From Candidatus Dormibacteria bacterium (GTDB lineage: Bacteria; Chloroflexota; Dormibacteria; DASZGP01), in contig JBPCPW010000013.1 in the NCBI GenBank assembly GCA_050998755.1, forward strand, positions 5,668 through 69,667: DNA of 64,000 bases. The letters are read 5' to 3'. Under the pieces are notes generated by a model. It was not told where the DNA came from, did no database searches, and saw nothing but the letters and a program-made list of their open reading frames with translations. The position numbers were made by a program, and so were the translations under genes. Below, one piece after another: positions 18,005-26,250 of this stretch. Positions within the stretch are counted from its first letter, which is position 1; every line of letters starts with the position of its first letter.

Positions 18005-18684
18005 GGACGGAAGCTCCAGGCCAGGTAGAAGGCTTCGGCAAGCGCGGGCGGACGGAACAGCGCCCAGAGGCCGAAGTCGTCTGGCTCCTCGTAGACCTCG
18101 GCGAACACCGTCTCGGCGGCCCCCCGCAGGGCGGCGGTGGTGGTGGGCAGCGACTCGGTGATGTAGTTCTTGCCATCGCCGGCCGGCCCGAAGCCCATGT
18201 CGAATAGCACTTGCTCGTGGGCCACGTCGAGTGGCCGGAGGACGCATACCGGGCAGTGGTGCCGGCGTGAGTTGACAGCAGTCAGGAGCGCGCCGTCACC
18301 GTCAGGAGTCAACAGAAAGAACATCGACTGGTCGGGGGTGGTGCTCTGGAGGATCAGGTCGTCGTTCGCGGCCCCGGCGCGGAGCAGGACCGAGATTGCT
18401 CCGTCGATGAAGTCCCGGCGGACCGCGGGATCCATCGGGCGGTGATGTTTGTGGTGGGTGTCGACAACCTGGGGGACGGCGGTCCAGCTGTCGGCGGAAA
18501 ACCAGCGGTGGGTGAAGCATTGAAATAGCAGGCCGCCGTCGGGACGCACCCCCATAAGAGGAAAGGCGTGGTTGCAGGCGGGGCATGCCAGGGCCAGCTT
18601 TTCCGGCCAGGTCGGGGCTTTATGTTCAGCTCTTTTTCTCACGAACTCAGTGTCTCGTGAGGCCGCGACACATGGCTGTCGCAC
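18001..18684 (-). CDS. Hypothetical Zn-ribbon protein, paralog 1 of 3 (CPACN...CPVCVLRPL...GKNY..LP). The true start is probably downstream of 18684.
   Basis: Shares CxxC pairs and a C-terminal L..GF...G.KNY..(D)LP block with the next two genes. The palindrome at 18665-18682 overlaps the annotated start. Confidence 0.45.
   Translation of the reverse strand: MRQPCVAASRDTEFVRKRAEHKAPTWPEKLALACPACNHAFPLMGVRPDGGLLFQCFTHRWFSADSWTAVPQVVDTHHKHHRPMDPAVRRDFIDGAISVLLRAGAANDDLILQSTTPDQSMFFLLTPDGDGALLTAVNSRRHHCPVCVLRPLDVAHEQVLFDMGFGPAGDGKNYITESLPTTTAALRGAAETVFAEVYEEPDDFGLWALFRPPALAEAFYLAWSFRP
18665..18682. promoter_or_regulatory. Inverted repeat GCGACA-catggc-TGTCGC between paralog genes 2 and 1.
   Basis: 6-bp perfect arms with a 6-nt spacer; same motif family. 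Confidence 0.55.
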
Positions 18685-18709
18685 GGCGCAAAAAGGATCG
18701 ACTAACGGC

Positions 18710-19312
18710 TCAATTCAGGCTCGCAAGCTGCGCCAGGATATCCCTCAGGACCTCGGTGCGCTTGAAGTAAACGCCGACCTCGAAGTCCCCCGCTTCTCCG
18801 TACGCGCGCAGCATGGCGTCGTCTGCCAGCATGGCCAGCTCGCGGCGATTTCGAGGCAGGTCCAGGGCCGTCGGGTTGGGTCCGGCCGACAGGCGCTCAA
18901 ACCCGAGCCGGACCAGCGCATCCCTGGCCTCCGCACCCAGGGGCCGGTTGCCGCAGACCGGGCAGTCCCACTCCCGCGAGCCGACCTCGAGGATGAACCC
19001 ACCCTTGACGAACCTGAAGAGCAGCTGGTTGCACGGCAGCGTCGAGCTCTGGATCGCCATGAAGTCATCAGCATCGGGGTCGATCAGGAAGCGCTCGAGT
19101 GACCGTTCGATGAGCCATAGCCGCTCCTCGCAATGCATGAACTCCGCGCCGAGGTGGTCGCGATCGGCGCGGCGCGACGTGATGAAGACGCCGTGGGTCG
19201 AGCACGTTGCGATCAGGACCCCGCGACCCCTCACGCCCTGGCTGCAGCCCTCGCCGCAGTCGGGACAGCTGATCTGTGAATCGGAGTGCAGCTCGTCGGA
19301 GGTGTACCTCAT
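18710..19312 (-). CDS. Hypothetical Zn-ribbon protein, paralog 2 of 3 (CPDCGEGC...CPVCGNRPLGAEARDALVRLGFERL).
   Basis: Similar to paralogs 1 and 3. ATGA overlap with the upstream paralog 3. Confidence 0.45.
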   Translation of the reverse strand: MRYTSDELHSDSQISCPDCGEGCSQGVRGRGVLIATCSTHGVFITSRRADRDHLGAEFMHCEERLWLIERSLERFLIDPDADDFMAIQSSTLPCNQLLFRFVKGGFILEVGSREWDCPVCGNRPLGAEARDALVRLGFERLSAGPNPTALDLPRNRRELAMLADDAMLRAYGEAGDFEVGVYFKRTEVLRDILAQLASLN

Positions 19313-19992
19313 GAGAAGAGCGGCCCGTCCTCGGCCTTGAGGATCCAGTCCTGGGCCCAGTCGGGGAGATCCTCGAACCTGCCGACCGCTTCGACGGCGC
19401 GGCGCAGCCGCTGTCGATCCTCGCAGTCCAGCTGGATCTCCATGAAGTTGCTGCGTAGCGCACGCAACACCCGCGCGGCGAGGCCAGGCGACGTCTCCAG
19501 CGGCGGCTCATCGCGATGGCGATAACCGCAGGGGCATGACACCTGGGGCTTCGGGGAACCGATGGGTGTGAGCTGACCCCGCCTCTCTGCCCAGCGCGCC
19601 ACGTGCCAGTCGGTGGTGCGAATGTCTGGGCGGACCGGCGCCGGTGTCTCGAACGCGGTCTCGAACAACCGCGCCGTCAGGGTCGCGAGATACTTCGCGC
19701 TGGCGGGGAGGTCGTCCATGCAGTAGTTCTTAGCCCGCCCGCCGTGGGTGAACCCGAGCCGTATGAGGGCGAACTCTGCGGCATCGGAGAGCGGCTCATG
19801 GTCGTTGACCGAGGCCCCCCACTGGCGCGAGCTGACCTCGCCGTAGACGACGCCGTTGTGCAACTTGAACTGTACGAACTCGTTGGTCTTTACCGGGTTC
19901 TCGAAGACGATGAAGTCCTCCTCCATGGCATTGGCCAGGAAGACCGCGAAAGGATGCTCGAACTGGGCTGCGCTCTGGGTGGAATTTGTCAT
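19309..19992 (-). CDS. Hypothetical protein, paralog 3 of 3 (...LIRLGFTHGGRAKNYCMDDLP...CPCGYRH). Start probably the ATG at 19992; the ORF is open up to 20046.
   Basis: Shares the L(I/V)RLGF...KNY..DLP block with paralogs 1 and 2. The palindrome at 20011-20036 would sit 20-45 bp upstream of the 19992 start. Confidence 0.45.
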   Translation of the reverse strand: MTNSTQSAAQFEHPFAVFLANAMEEDFIVFENPVKTNEFVQFKLHNGVVYGEVSSRQWGASVNDHEPLSDAAEFALIRLGFTHGGRAKNYCMDDLPASAKYLATLTARLFETAFETPAPVRPDIRTTDWHVARWAERRGQLTPIGSPKPQVSCPCGYRHRDEPPLETSPGLAARVLRALRSNFMEIQLDCEDRQRLRRAVEAVGRFEDLPDWAQDWILKAEDGPLFS

Positions 19993-20010
19993 AACCGCAG
20001 CCTGGCGGGG

Positions 20011-20036
20011 CACCGCGACAACAGCCTGTCGCGGTG
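20011..20036. promoter_or_regulatory. Inverted repeat CACCGCGACA-acagcc-TGTCGCGGTG upstream of the paralog-3 operon.
   Basis: 10-bp perfect arms with a 6-nt spacer. Confidence 0.6.
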
Positions 20037-20061
20037 AGTGGAACATCCGGTTTGGTCCCTG

Positions 20062-20484
20062 TCAGGAAGCGGGGCCTGGGTGGAGGCGAAAGCGTTTGCC
20101 GCCCGGCCCACGCAACGATTCGAAGTGACGCCTGTCCAGGGTGAGGACGTCGAGGACGGCGTAGCGCTCGGCAAGCACGACTATCGACGCGTCTGCCAGG
20201 CCAATGCCTGCACCCGCACGGCGCGCGACGACAGCCCGTGCAGCCGCGACGTCGGTGGCAGAGAACGTTTCAAGGCGATATGCCCCCCGCGCAACCTCAT
20301 CGAGAAGCGTGAGCTCCGCGCTCGTGCCCACCCTTGTCGCCAACAGATAGTCCATTTCGGCCAGCACAAACGGTGACATCAGCCTCGGGCCGCCCAGGGC
20401 CATGAGCGCGGCCGCCGCAGGCTCGTGCTGCGCCTGGCTGCTGTCGATCGCGGCGAGGAGCCCGCTGGTGTCGACGAGGATCAA
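20062..20484 (-). CDS. vapC: VapC PIN-domain toxin.
   Basis: MILVDTSGLLAAID...LTLDRRHF is typical PIN. 4-bp overlap with the upstream RHH antitoxin. Confidence 0.78.
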   Translation of the reverse strand: MILVDTSGLLAAIDSSQAQHEPAAAALMALGGPRLMSPFVLAEMDYLLATRVGTSAELTLLDEVARGAYRLETFSATDVAAARAVVARRAGAGIGLADASIVVLAERYAVLDVLTLDRRHFESLRGPGGKRFRLHPGPAS

Positions 20485-20708
20485 GTCTCCCCGAAACCGG
20501 CCAGGAGTTCCTCAGCATTTTCAGCCAGGCCAGGTTGACCACTGGCGAACAGCGGAAGCCTTGGGTGCGGCTCACGTAACTCAAGCAACCGCTCCACGCC
20601 CTCGCGGACCAGGTCGGCCTCGGTGCGGCCGTCCTGCGCGGCCGCACGTTCGAGTTTCGTCTTCAGCTGCTCAGGTAGGTAGATCGTTGTTCGCTTCACG
20701 CCATACAT
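20481..20708 (-). CDS. vapB: VapB ribbon-helix-helix (CopG-like) antitoxin.
   Basis: RTTIYLPEQLKTKLERAAAQDGRTEADLVREGVERLL RHH fold. Confidence 0.72.
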   Translation of the reverse strand: MYGVKRTTIYLPEQLKTKLERAAAQDGRTEADLVREGVERLLELREPHPRLPLFASGQPGLAENAEELLAGFGET

Positions 20709-20783
20709 TCTGCCATACGTCCTGAGTCACCCGACTGATATTGTCAGACCGCTCGGGACGTTCAGGCGACATTTCACTCCGGC

Positions 20784-20812
20784 GGCGTGCGACAACCTAG
20801 CTGTCGCACGCC
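20784..20812. promoter_or_regulatory. Inverted repeat GGCGTGCGACA-acctagc-TGTCGCACGCC 60 bp upstream of the WYL regulator gene, with a third GCGACA half-site at 20816. Candidate autoregulatory operator.
   Basis: 11-bp perfect arms with a 7-nt spacer. GGAGG RBS-like sequence before the 20872 ATG. Confidence 0.6.
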
Positions 20813-20871
20813 TACGCGACAGTGAGGGCGTGATCGAGAAGTGCAACAGAAGGGAGGGTAGGTAGCTCACA

Positions 20872-21864
20872 ATGCCGATGGTGTTGAAGCTCAAGAAGGA
20901 GTTCGAGAAGCAGGACCGCGCCGCGCGGTTGATGCTGGTCATGCAGATCTTTGCGGGCGCACCCCATGGCGTGACCGCGAGGGAGATCGGCGACCGCACC
21001 GGCCGCGATAAGCGCACCTCGCTTCGCGATATCCACGCGCTGGAGGACATCGGTGTCCCGGTGCTCCAGGAGGCCAACGACACGTGGCGCCTGATGCCCG
21101 GCTACGTCCTGCCGACGATCGCGTTCACCCAGCAGGAGACGATGGCCATCCTGCTCGCCACCCGGCTCGCCGTGCAGCACCTCGACTACTACAACGAGTT
21201 CCTGGCGATGGCCCTGAACAAACTGGCGAGCTCCCTCCCCAAGGGCGCCGTCCGCGTGCACGTGGGCGAGAGCGTGAGCCAGCTCGCCGCCAAGCCGGCG
21301 GACGCCGAGCGCCAGAAAGTTTTCAGCGTGATCACCACCGGTCTTTTGGACCGCAAGCAGATCCGCTTCACCTACGTCGACTCGAAGGGCGTTGAGACGG
21401 AGCGGCGGATCCATCCCTACTTCATGGAGCCGATCTCGCTCATGTCCCGCGGCACCTACCTGTTCGGCAAGGACATCGACAAACGCGAGCTCCGCGTCTT
21501 CAAGCTGGACCGCATCAAGAAAGCCGAGGTCCTGGCCACCGACGCCTACATCCCCGATGACGCCACCCTGCAGAAGCAGGTGGCGGATTCCTGGGGGGTC
21601 TGGAACCAGGGCCGGGTGCAGACGGTTGAGCTTCTCTTTAATAGGGATGTCGCCCGCCGGCTCACCGAGACAATGTGGCATCCCTCCCAGGTGCTGACCA
21701 GGCAGAAGGGCGGCGCAATCCTTCTGACGCTCAAGGTCCGCGGACTGGTCGAGATCACCCCCTGGATCCTGAGCTGGGGCGCCGATGTCGAGGTGGTCGG
21801 CCCCGCGGAGTTGCGCAAGGCCGTGGCTGCTACGGCGGCCCGGATGGCGGGAACCTACAGCTAG
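20872..21864 (+). CDS. HTH-WYL-WCX transcriptional regulator (BrxR/CapW/PafBC-like).
   Basis: N-terminal HTH (GVTAREIGDRTGRDKRTSLRDIHALEDIG). WYL region YFMEPISLMSRGTYLFGKDIDKRELRVFKLDRIKKAEVL. C-terminal extension. 330 aa. Confidence 0.8.
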   Translation: MPMVLKLKKEFEKQDRAARLMLVMQIFAGAPHGVTAREIGDRTGRDKRTSLRDIHALEDIGVPVLQEANDTWRLMPGYVLPTIAFTQQETMAILLATRLAVQHLDYYNEFLAMALNKLASSLPKGAVRVHVGESVSQLAAKPADAERQKVFSVITTGLLDRKQIRFTYVDSKGVETERRIHPYFMEPISLMSRGTYLFGKDIDKRELRVFKLDRIKKAEVLATDAYIPDDATLQKQVADSWGVWNQGRVQTVELLFNRDVARRLTETMWHPSQVLTRQKGGAILLTLKVRGLVEITPWILSWGADVEVVGPAELRKAVAATAARMAGTYS

Positions 21865-21897
21865 ACCAGCGAGCCGCGGCGGGTCAGACTGAAGGCA

Positions 21898-22206
21898 ATG
21901 TCGACTGCCGGCCGGCTCATCCACGACGCCGTCACCGCCTGGCCGGGAGTCGAGGCGGTCCCCCATCGTTTCGGCGGCACGGAGTATCGCTACGGTCGCA
22001 AGGAGATGGGCCACGTGCACGGCGACCGGCTGGCCGACCTGCCCCTGCCGCGCGCCCTGCACGACCAGGTCGTGGCCGATGGACGCGCGCAGTTGCACCA
22101 CATCCTGCCCGACACCGGCTGGGTGAGCTGCTGGATGTCCGACCCGGACGACGCCGCCTCGGTGATCGAACTATTTCGAATCCAGTACGAGCGCTACCTG
22201 GGCTGA
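21898..22206 (+). CDS. Small conserved hypothetical protein (102 aa). Possibly a member of the short luciferase-like/DUF family; not verified.
   Basis: An ORF directly downstream of the WYL gene on the same strand. Confidence 0.35.
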   Translation: MSTAGRLIHDAVTAWPGVEAVPHRFGGTEYRYGRKEMGHVHGDRLADLPLPRALHDQVVADGRAQLHHILPDTGWVSCWMSDPDDAASVIELFRIQYERYLG

Positions 22207-22217
22207 CCGGCGCGACA

Positions 22218-22239
22218 CTGCGACATGAACCTGTCGCAG
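22218..22239. promoter_or_regulatory. Inverted repeat CTGCGACA-tgaacc-TGTCGCAG between the 102-aa and 341-aa genes, with an extra GCGACA immediately 5'.
   Basis: 8-bp perfect arms with a 6-nt spacer. Confidence 0.55.
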
Positions 22240-22260
22240 GCATGACCCACCGTCGGTGTC

Positions 22261-23286
22261 ATGAATGAGAAGAGCAGCAACCCACAGGATCCCAAGAGCC
22301 CGACCATCGCACTCAAGGAGCGCATCCGCCTGGACGGCCCCGCCGGTCTCACCGTCGGTCGCGGCCGCAGCATCGGCGCCCTCACCCTGGTGCCCGTCTT
22401 CCACGAGGGGCCGGCCGCCGACTACATCCCCTACGCGTCCATCCAGGGTAGCGGCCTGCTGGAAATCAGCGAGGTCACCGGCGGCGGCCAGGTCAACACC
22501 CTGGTCGCGGAGAACCGCGCGGACCAGGCGGTCCTACTGCTGGAGGGCGAAATGCTCGAAGGCATGCAGCAGACGCGCGTGCTCAACGTCACCGTCCTGG
22601 TGCCCGCGAAGACCACGCTGAACATCCCGGTGTCCTGCGTGGAGGCGGGCCGCTGGCACCACGACGGCGTGGCCGCCTCCAAGCACGAGTTCCATATGTC
22701 ACCGCGGGCGCGCTCGCGCAAGACGATTACCGTCAACGAGCAGGCCCGCGGCGTTGGCTCGTACGCCTCCAACCAGGGCGAGGTGTGGGCCAGCGTGGAT
22801 GATGAGCTCGCCGCGCACCAGGTAGCGGCGCCGACGCGGGCGCAGTCGGAGATCGGCAGGGCCCGCGGCGCGGAGGTCAGGCGAGACCTGGACCAACTCG
22901 AGCCGCGGCCGGGGCAGGCCGGCGTCGTCGCGGTGGTCGGTGGCACGCCGCTCTGCTTCGACCTGTTCGACCGTCCGTCCACGCTCGAGGTGGTCTGGAA
23001 GGGGCTCGTCGGCAGCTACGCGCTGGATGCGATGACCGTGCCCAAGCGAGCCGCTGCCGAACGAGACACAACGGAGGCCCGCCGTTGGCTGAGCGGCATG
23101 ACCGAAGCGATGGCGACCGAGCATCCCGGCGTGGGCATTGGCACCAACGTGCTCTTGAGCTCCGCGGGCGTCGGGGCCACGTCGCTGGTCATCGACGACG
23201 CGGTAGTCCACCTGGCAGCTTTCATGGCGACCGAGACCATCGGTTTCGCACGCCCCAGCCGCCGCGGCGGGACGCAACTTATCTAG
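22261..23286 (+). CDS. Conserved hypothetical protein (341 aa). Resembles an uncharacterised family I recall from conflict-system contexts (ARPP-1/DUF-like); not verified.
   Basis: Block GLLEISEVTGGGQVNTLVAENRADQAVLLLEGEMLEGMQQTRVLNVTVLVPAKTTL. Flanked by two copies of the palindrome motif. Confidence 0.45.
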   Translation: MNEKSSNPQDPKSPTIALKERIRLDGPAGLTVGRGRSIGALTLVPVFHEGPAADYIPYASIQGSGLLEISEVTGGGQVNTLVAENRADQAVLLLEGEMLEGMQQTRVLNVTVLVPAKTTLNIPVSCVEAGRWHHDGVAASKHEFHMSPRARSRKTITVNEQARGVGSYASNQGEVWASVDDELAAHQVAAPTRAQSEIGRARGAEVRRDLDQLEPRPGQAGVVAVVGGTPLCFDLFDRPSTLEVVWKGLVGSYALDAMTVPKRAAAERDTTEARRWLSGMTEAMATEHPGVGIGTNVLLSSAGVGATSLVIDDAVVHLAAFMATETIGFARPSRRGGTQLI

Positions 23287-23301
23287 CCGTCGGAGTGCGG
23301 G

Positions 23302-23325
23302 CCCGCGACAACCATCTGTCGCGGG
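23302..23325. terminator. GC-rich hairpin CCCGCGACA-accatc-TGTCGCGGG, 16 nt after the 341-aa gene stop. A terminator-like stem that is also a member of the GCGACA-N6-TGTCGC motif family.
   Basis: 9-bp perfect stem with a 6-nt loop. No U-tract, which is common in high-GC Gram-positives. Confidence 0.45.
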
Positions 23326-23567
23326 TCCACCCGATGCTGACGTTGTAATGAACCCCACCGTCATCACCAACACCAGCCGGCCGCGCACCCGCATCTACCA
23401 GCGACGCTGGAACGTCGAGGCTGCCTGGTCGGCCCATGAGGATCACCAGTGCCTGGCGGACACCATAGAACTGGCCAACGTGACCGGGAGAAGCGCGAGC
23501 TTGAGGAGCAGCACGAGCGCTCCAACAGGGCGAAGTTCCTGGCGAACCCGCGGTTCCTGAAGTAGCC

Positions 23568-23816
23568 CTAACCCTCCCCCCGGATCTGCGTCATCAGGTC
23601 GTCAGTGGGCACCCTGCGCTGGAGAATGCCGTAGACGGCCTCGACGGGGTCGCGCTGAGCCAGCTTCACCGCCACCAGGCGGCCCTCCTCTTCTTCAAAA
23701 TAGAGGATCTCACCGGGACGAATGCCGAGGCGGTCCCGGAGCCGTTTGGGAATGGTCACCTGCCCCTTCCCAGACACCGTGGATTTCATACTTTGAGAGT
23801 AGTGATTCCCGCTCAT
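23568..23816 (-). CDS. SpoVT/AbrB (MazE-like) domain protein; putative antitoxin.
   Basis: VSGKGQVTIPKRLRDRLGIRPGEILYFEEEEGRLVAV swapped-hairpin motif. Its start directly abuts the upstream GNAT stop (TAAATG). Confidence 0.55.
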   Translation of the reverse strand: MSGNHYSQSMKSTVSGKGQVTIPKRLRDRLGIRPGEILYFEEEEGRLVAVKLAQRDPVEAVYGILQRRVPTDDLMTQIRGEG

Positions 23817-24233
23817 TTAGAACACCAAGACGTAGGACCAGTACTTCCAAGATCCCCCGTCGTACTCAGCGTGTTGGACGAATCCCATCCGCTCGTACAG
23901 CGCCCGGGCCACCGGCATCACCTCCGTCGTGTGGAGGCCCAGGCCTGCCGCACCGTCAGCCATGGCACGGTCGATGCACGCCTGGGTCAGGGCGCGTCCG
24001 ATCCCCTTCCCACGATGGCCGGGGGCCACGGCCAGCGCTCGAAAGTAGGCCCAGTCCGGGGCCAGCCAGGCGGAGTCGCGCTTGCCTGCCGCGTAATAAG
24101 CCAGCGCGCCGGCCAGTTCCCCTCCGACCTCCGCCACCAGGATCACGGCGGACTCGCGGTAAGCGCCAACCGTGATCTCCGCGACCTTGCCGTACTCAGC
24201 CGGTAGGGCTTCCCTGATCATGAATTCACCCAA
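23817..24233 (-). CDS. GNAT family N-acetyltransferase (138 aa); possible GNAT-type toxin partner.
   Basis: Acetyl-CoA-binding motif A HRGKGIGRAL. Confidence 0.65.
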   Translation of the reverse strand: MGEFMIREALPAEYGKVAEITVGAYRESAVILVAEVGGELAGALAYYAAGKRDSAWLAPDWAYFRALAVAPGHRGKGIGRALTQACIDRAMADGAAGLGLHTTEVMPVARALYERMGFVQHAEYDGGSWKYWSYVLVF

Positions 24234-24277
24234 TCAGTTCAGCGATCCGCCCATTCCCACGTCGCCCAAGGGCACCG

Positions 24278-25828
24278 GTGCGAGGTGTAGAGCTCGGCGT
24301 AACGGCGCTTTGTGACGCTAATATCCCGTCCGGGAAAGGGCGATGGCCGAGCACCGCTACGCGGCCGCATCGCCAATGGAGGGCATGCACTTTGCTGAGT
24401 CACGGGTTGACGTACGTCGCCGCCGACAACACTGCCACCCAGGCGGCCGGGGTGGCGGCCGACACGGTCTGGGTGGTTGTTGCCGCCCTGCTGGTCCTGC
24501 TGATGCAGGCGGGGTTCGCGATGCTCGAGGTGGGCTTCACGCGGATGAAGAACGTCGGCACGGTGGTCGCGAAGATCATCGTCAACCTGAGCGTCTCGTC
24601 GATCATGTACTGGCTGGTCGGGTTTGCGGTCGCCTTCGGCGTGGCATCCGGGCCGCTGGGTGGCATCATCGGCCACTCCGGGTTCGCCCCGCTGTTCCAT
24701 CCCGGCAGCCAGATGGATCTCCCAGCGCTGAACGCGGCGTCGGCAATCCCAGCCTCCGCCAAGTTCTTTTTTGAGTTCGTCTTCTGCGCCATATCCCTGG
24801 CCATCGTCTGGGGAACGATGCTCGAACGCACCAAGTTCGTCGTCTACATCCTCTTTGGGATCCCCTTCGCCGCATTCATCTACCCGATGATCAGCCACTG
24901 GCTGTTCGGGGGCGGCTGGCTGCAGGCGAACTTCGGCGCGCAGGATTTCGCCGGTTCCACCGTCGTCCACCTCACCGGGGCAACGGCGGGCCTGGCCGGC
25001 CTGTTGCTGCTGGGCCCCCGGATCGGAAAGTACGGGCGCGACGGCAGACCCAACGCCATTCCAGGGCACAACATGCCCCTGGCCCAGCTGGGCGTGCTCA
25101 TCCTGTGGTTCGGGTGGTTTGGGTTCAACCCGGGCTCCACCCTCAACGCCACCAACCTGCATTTCGCCGACGTCGTGATCACCACCAACCTCGCCGCGGC
25201 CGCGGGAGCGCTGGCGGCAATGGTCTGCATTTACCGGGTGCAGCGCTCGCTCGATGTGGGCATGATCGGCAACGGGGCAATCGCGGGCCTGGTGGCCATC
25301 ACGGCACCGTCGGGTTATGTCCAGCCGTGGGCCGCCCTGATCATCGGCGCCGTCGCCGGTGTGATCGTGGTGTACGGCGTCCTCTGGATCGACAAGCGCC
25401 TGGACGACCCCGTCGGCGCGCTGTCGGCCCACGGGCTGGCGGGCGTTTGGGGCACGCTGTCCTGCGGGCTGTTCACCGACCCCGAACTGGCAAAGTTCAA
25501 CGCCACCGGGCACGGCGGCCTGTTTTACACGGGATCCTTCCAGCAGCTCGGGGCCCAGGCGCTCACCGTGCTGGTTTGCTTCGCCACGGTGTTCGCGCTG
25601 TCCTATGGCCTCTTCTTCCTCATCAAGCAGACGGTCGGCCTACGCGTGAGCGAGCGCCACGAGGTGGACGGGCTCGACATCAGCGAGCATGGGATGTGGG
25701 GCTATCCTGAGCAGTTCATGCCGGTGCCCGGCGGCGCGTACATCCACCCCGACGTGCTGGCGGCCCGCGAGCAGAGGCTCGTACCGGCCGCGGCGCCCAC
25801 ACCGGCAGGAGCCGAGGAGGAGAACTGA
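24278..25828 (+). CDS. amt: Ammonium transporter (Amt/AmtB family). The real start is likely near 24395 (TTG/GTG).
   Basis: DFAGSTVVHLTGATAGLAGLLLLGPRIGKY and 11 TM helices. The glnK gene follows with an ATGA overlap. Confidence 0.85.
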   Translation: MRGVELGVTALCDANIPSGKGRWPSTATRPHRQWRACTLLSHGLTYVAADNTATQAAGVAADTVWVVVAALLVLLMQAGFAMLEVGFTRMKNVGTVVAKIIVNLSVSSIMYWLVGFAVAFGVASGPLGGIIGHSGFAPLFHPGSQMDLPALNAASAIPASAKFFFEFVFCAISLAIVWGTMLERTKFVVYILFGIPFAAFIYPMISHWLFGGGWLQANFGAQDFAGSTVVHLTGATAGLAGLLLLGPRIGKYGRDGRPNAIPGHNMPLAQLGVLILWFGWFGFNPGSTLNATNLHFADVVITTNLAAAAGALAAMVCIYRVQRSLDVGMIGNGAIAGLVAITAPSGYVQPWAALIIGAVAGVIVVYGVLWIDKRLDDPVGALSAHGLAGVWGTLSCGLFTDPELAKFNATGHGGLFYTGSFQQLGAQALTVLVCFATVFALSYGLFFLIKQTVGLRVSERHEVDGLDISEHGMWGYPEQFMPVPGGAYIHPDVLAAREQRLVPAAAPTPAGAEEEN

Positions 25829-26196
25829 TGAAGAAGGTGGAAGCGGTTATCCGACCGGATCGCCTGCAGCAGGTCCAGGACGCCCTCGATGACATCGGCG
25901 TCTCCGGCCTGACCGTCACCGAGGTCCTGGGCTGCGGGTCTCAGCGCGGCTACACCGAGACCTACCGCGGCACGCCAGTCAAGATCTCGCTGCAGCGCAA
26001 GGTCAAGGTCGAGGCGGTGATGACGGACGAGCGCGTGGAGGGCGCCGTTGCGGCCATGATGGCTGCCGCCCGCACTGGGGAGGTGGGTGACGGAAAGATC
26101 TTCATTCTCCCGGTCGACGATGCCATCAGGATCAGGTCCGGCGAGCGTGGCGACAAGATCGTCGAGCACCGTGACCCCCAGCACTGGGGTCACTAG
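25828..26196 (+). CDS. glnK: Nitrogen regulatory protein P-II (GlnK).
   Basis: MKKVEAVIRPDRLQQVQDAL...GKIFILPVDDAIRIRSGE is a P-II signature. Classic amt-glnK operon. Confidence 0.9.
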   Translation: MKKVEAVIRPDRLQQVQDALDDIGVSGLTVTEVLGCGSQRGYTETYRGTPVKISLQRKVKVEAVMTDERVEGAVAAMMAAARTGEVGDGKIFILPVDDAIRIRSGERGDKIVEHRDPQHWGH

Positions 26197-26250
26197 TGGA
26201 CGACGTCCTCGACGACAGGCTCGAGGTCGAGTCTCGACCCGCCTGAGGGC

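Noticed and set aside
24239-25513. A 424-aa minus-strand ORF opposite the ammonium transporter
   Set aside because: It is antisense to a well-supported amt gene; a compositional artefact.
26219-26240. Short inverted repeat GGTCGAG-t-CTCGACC after glnK as a terminator
   Set aside because: The stem is only 5-7 bp with a 1-5-nt loop and no U-tract; too weak to call.
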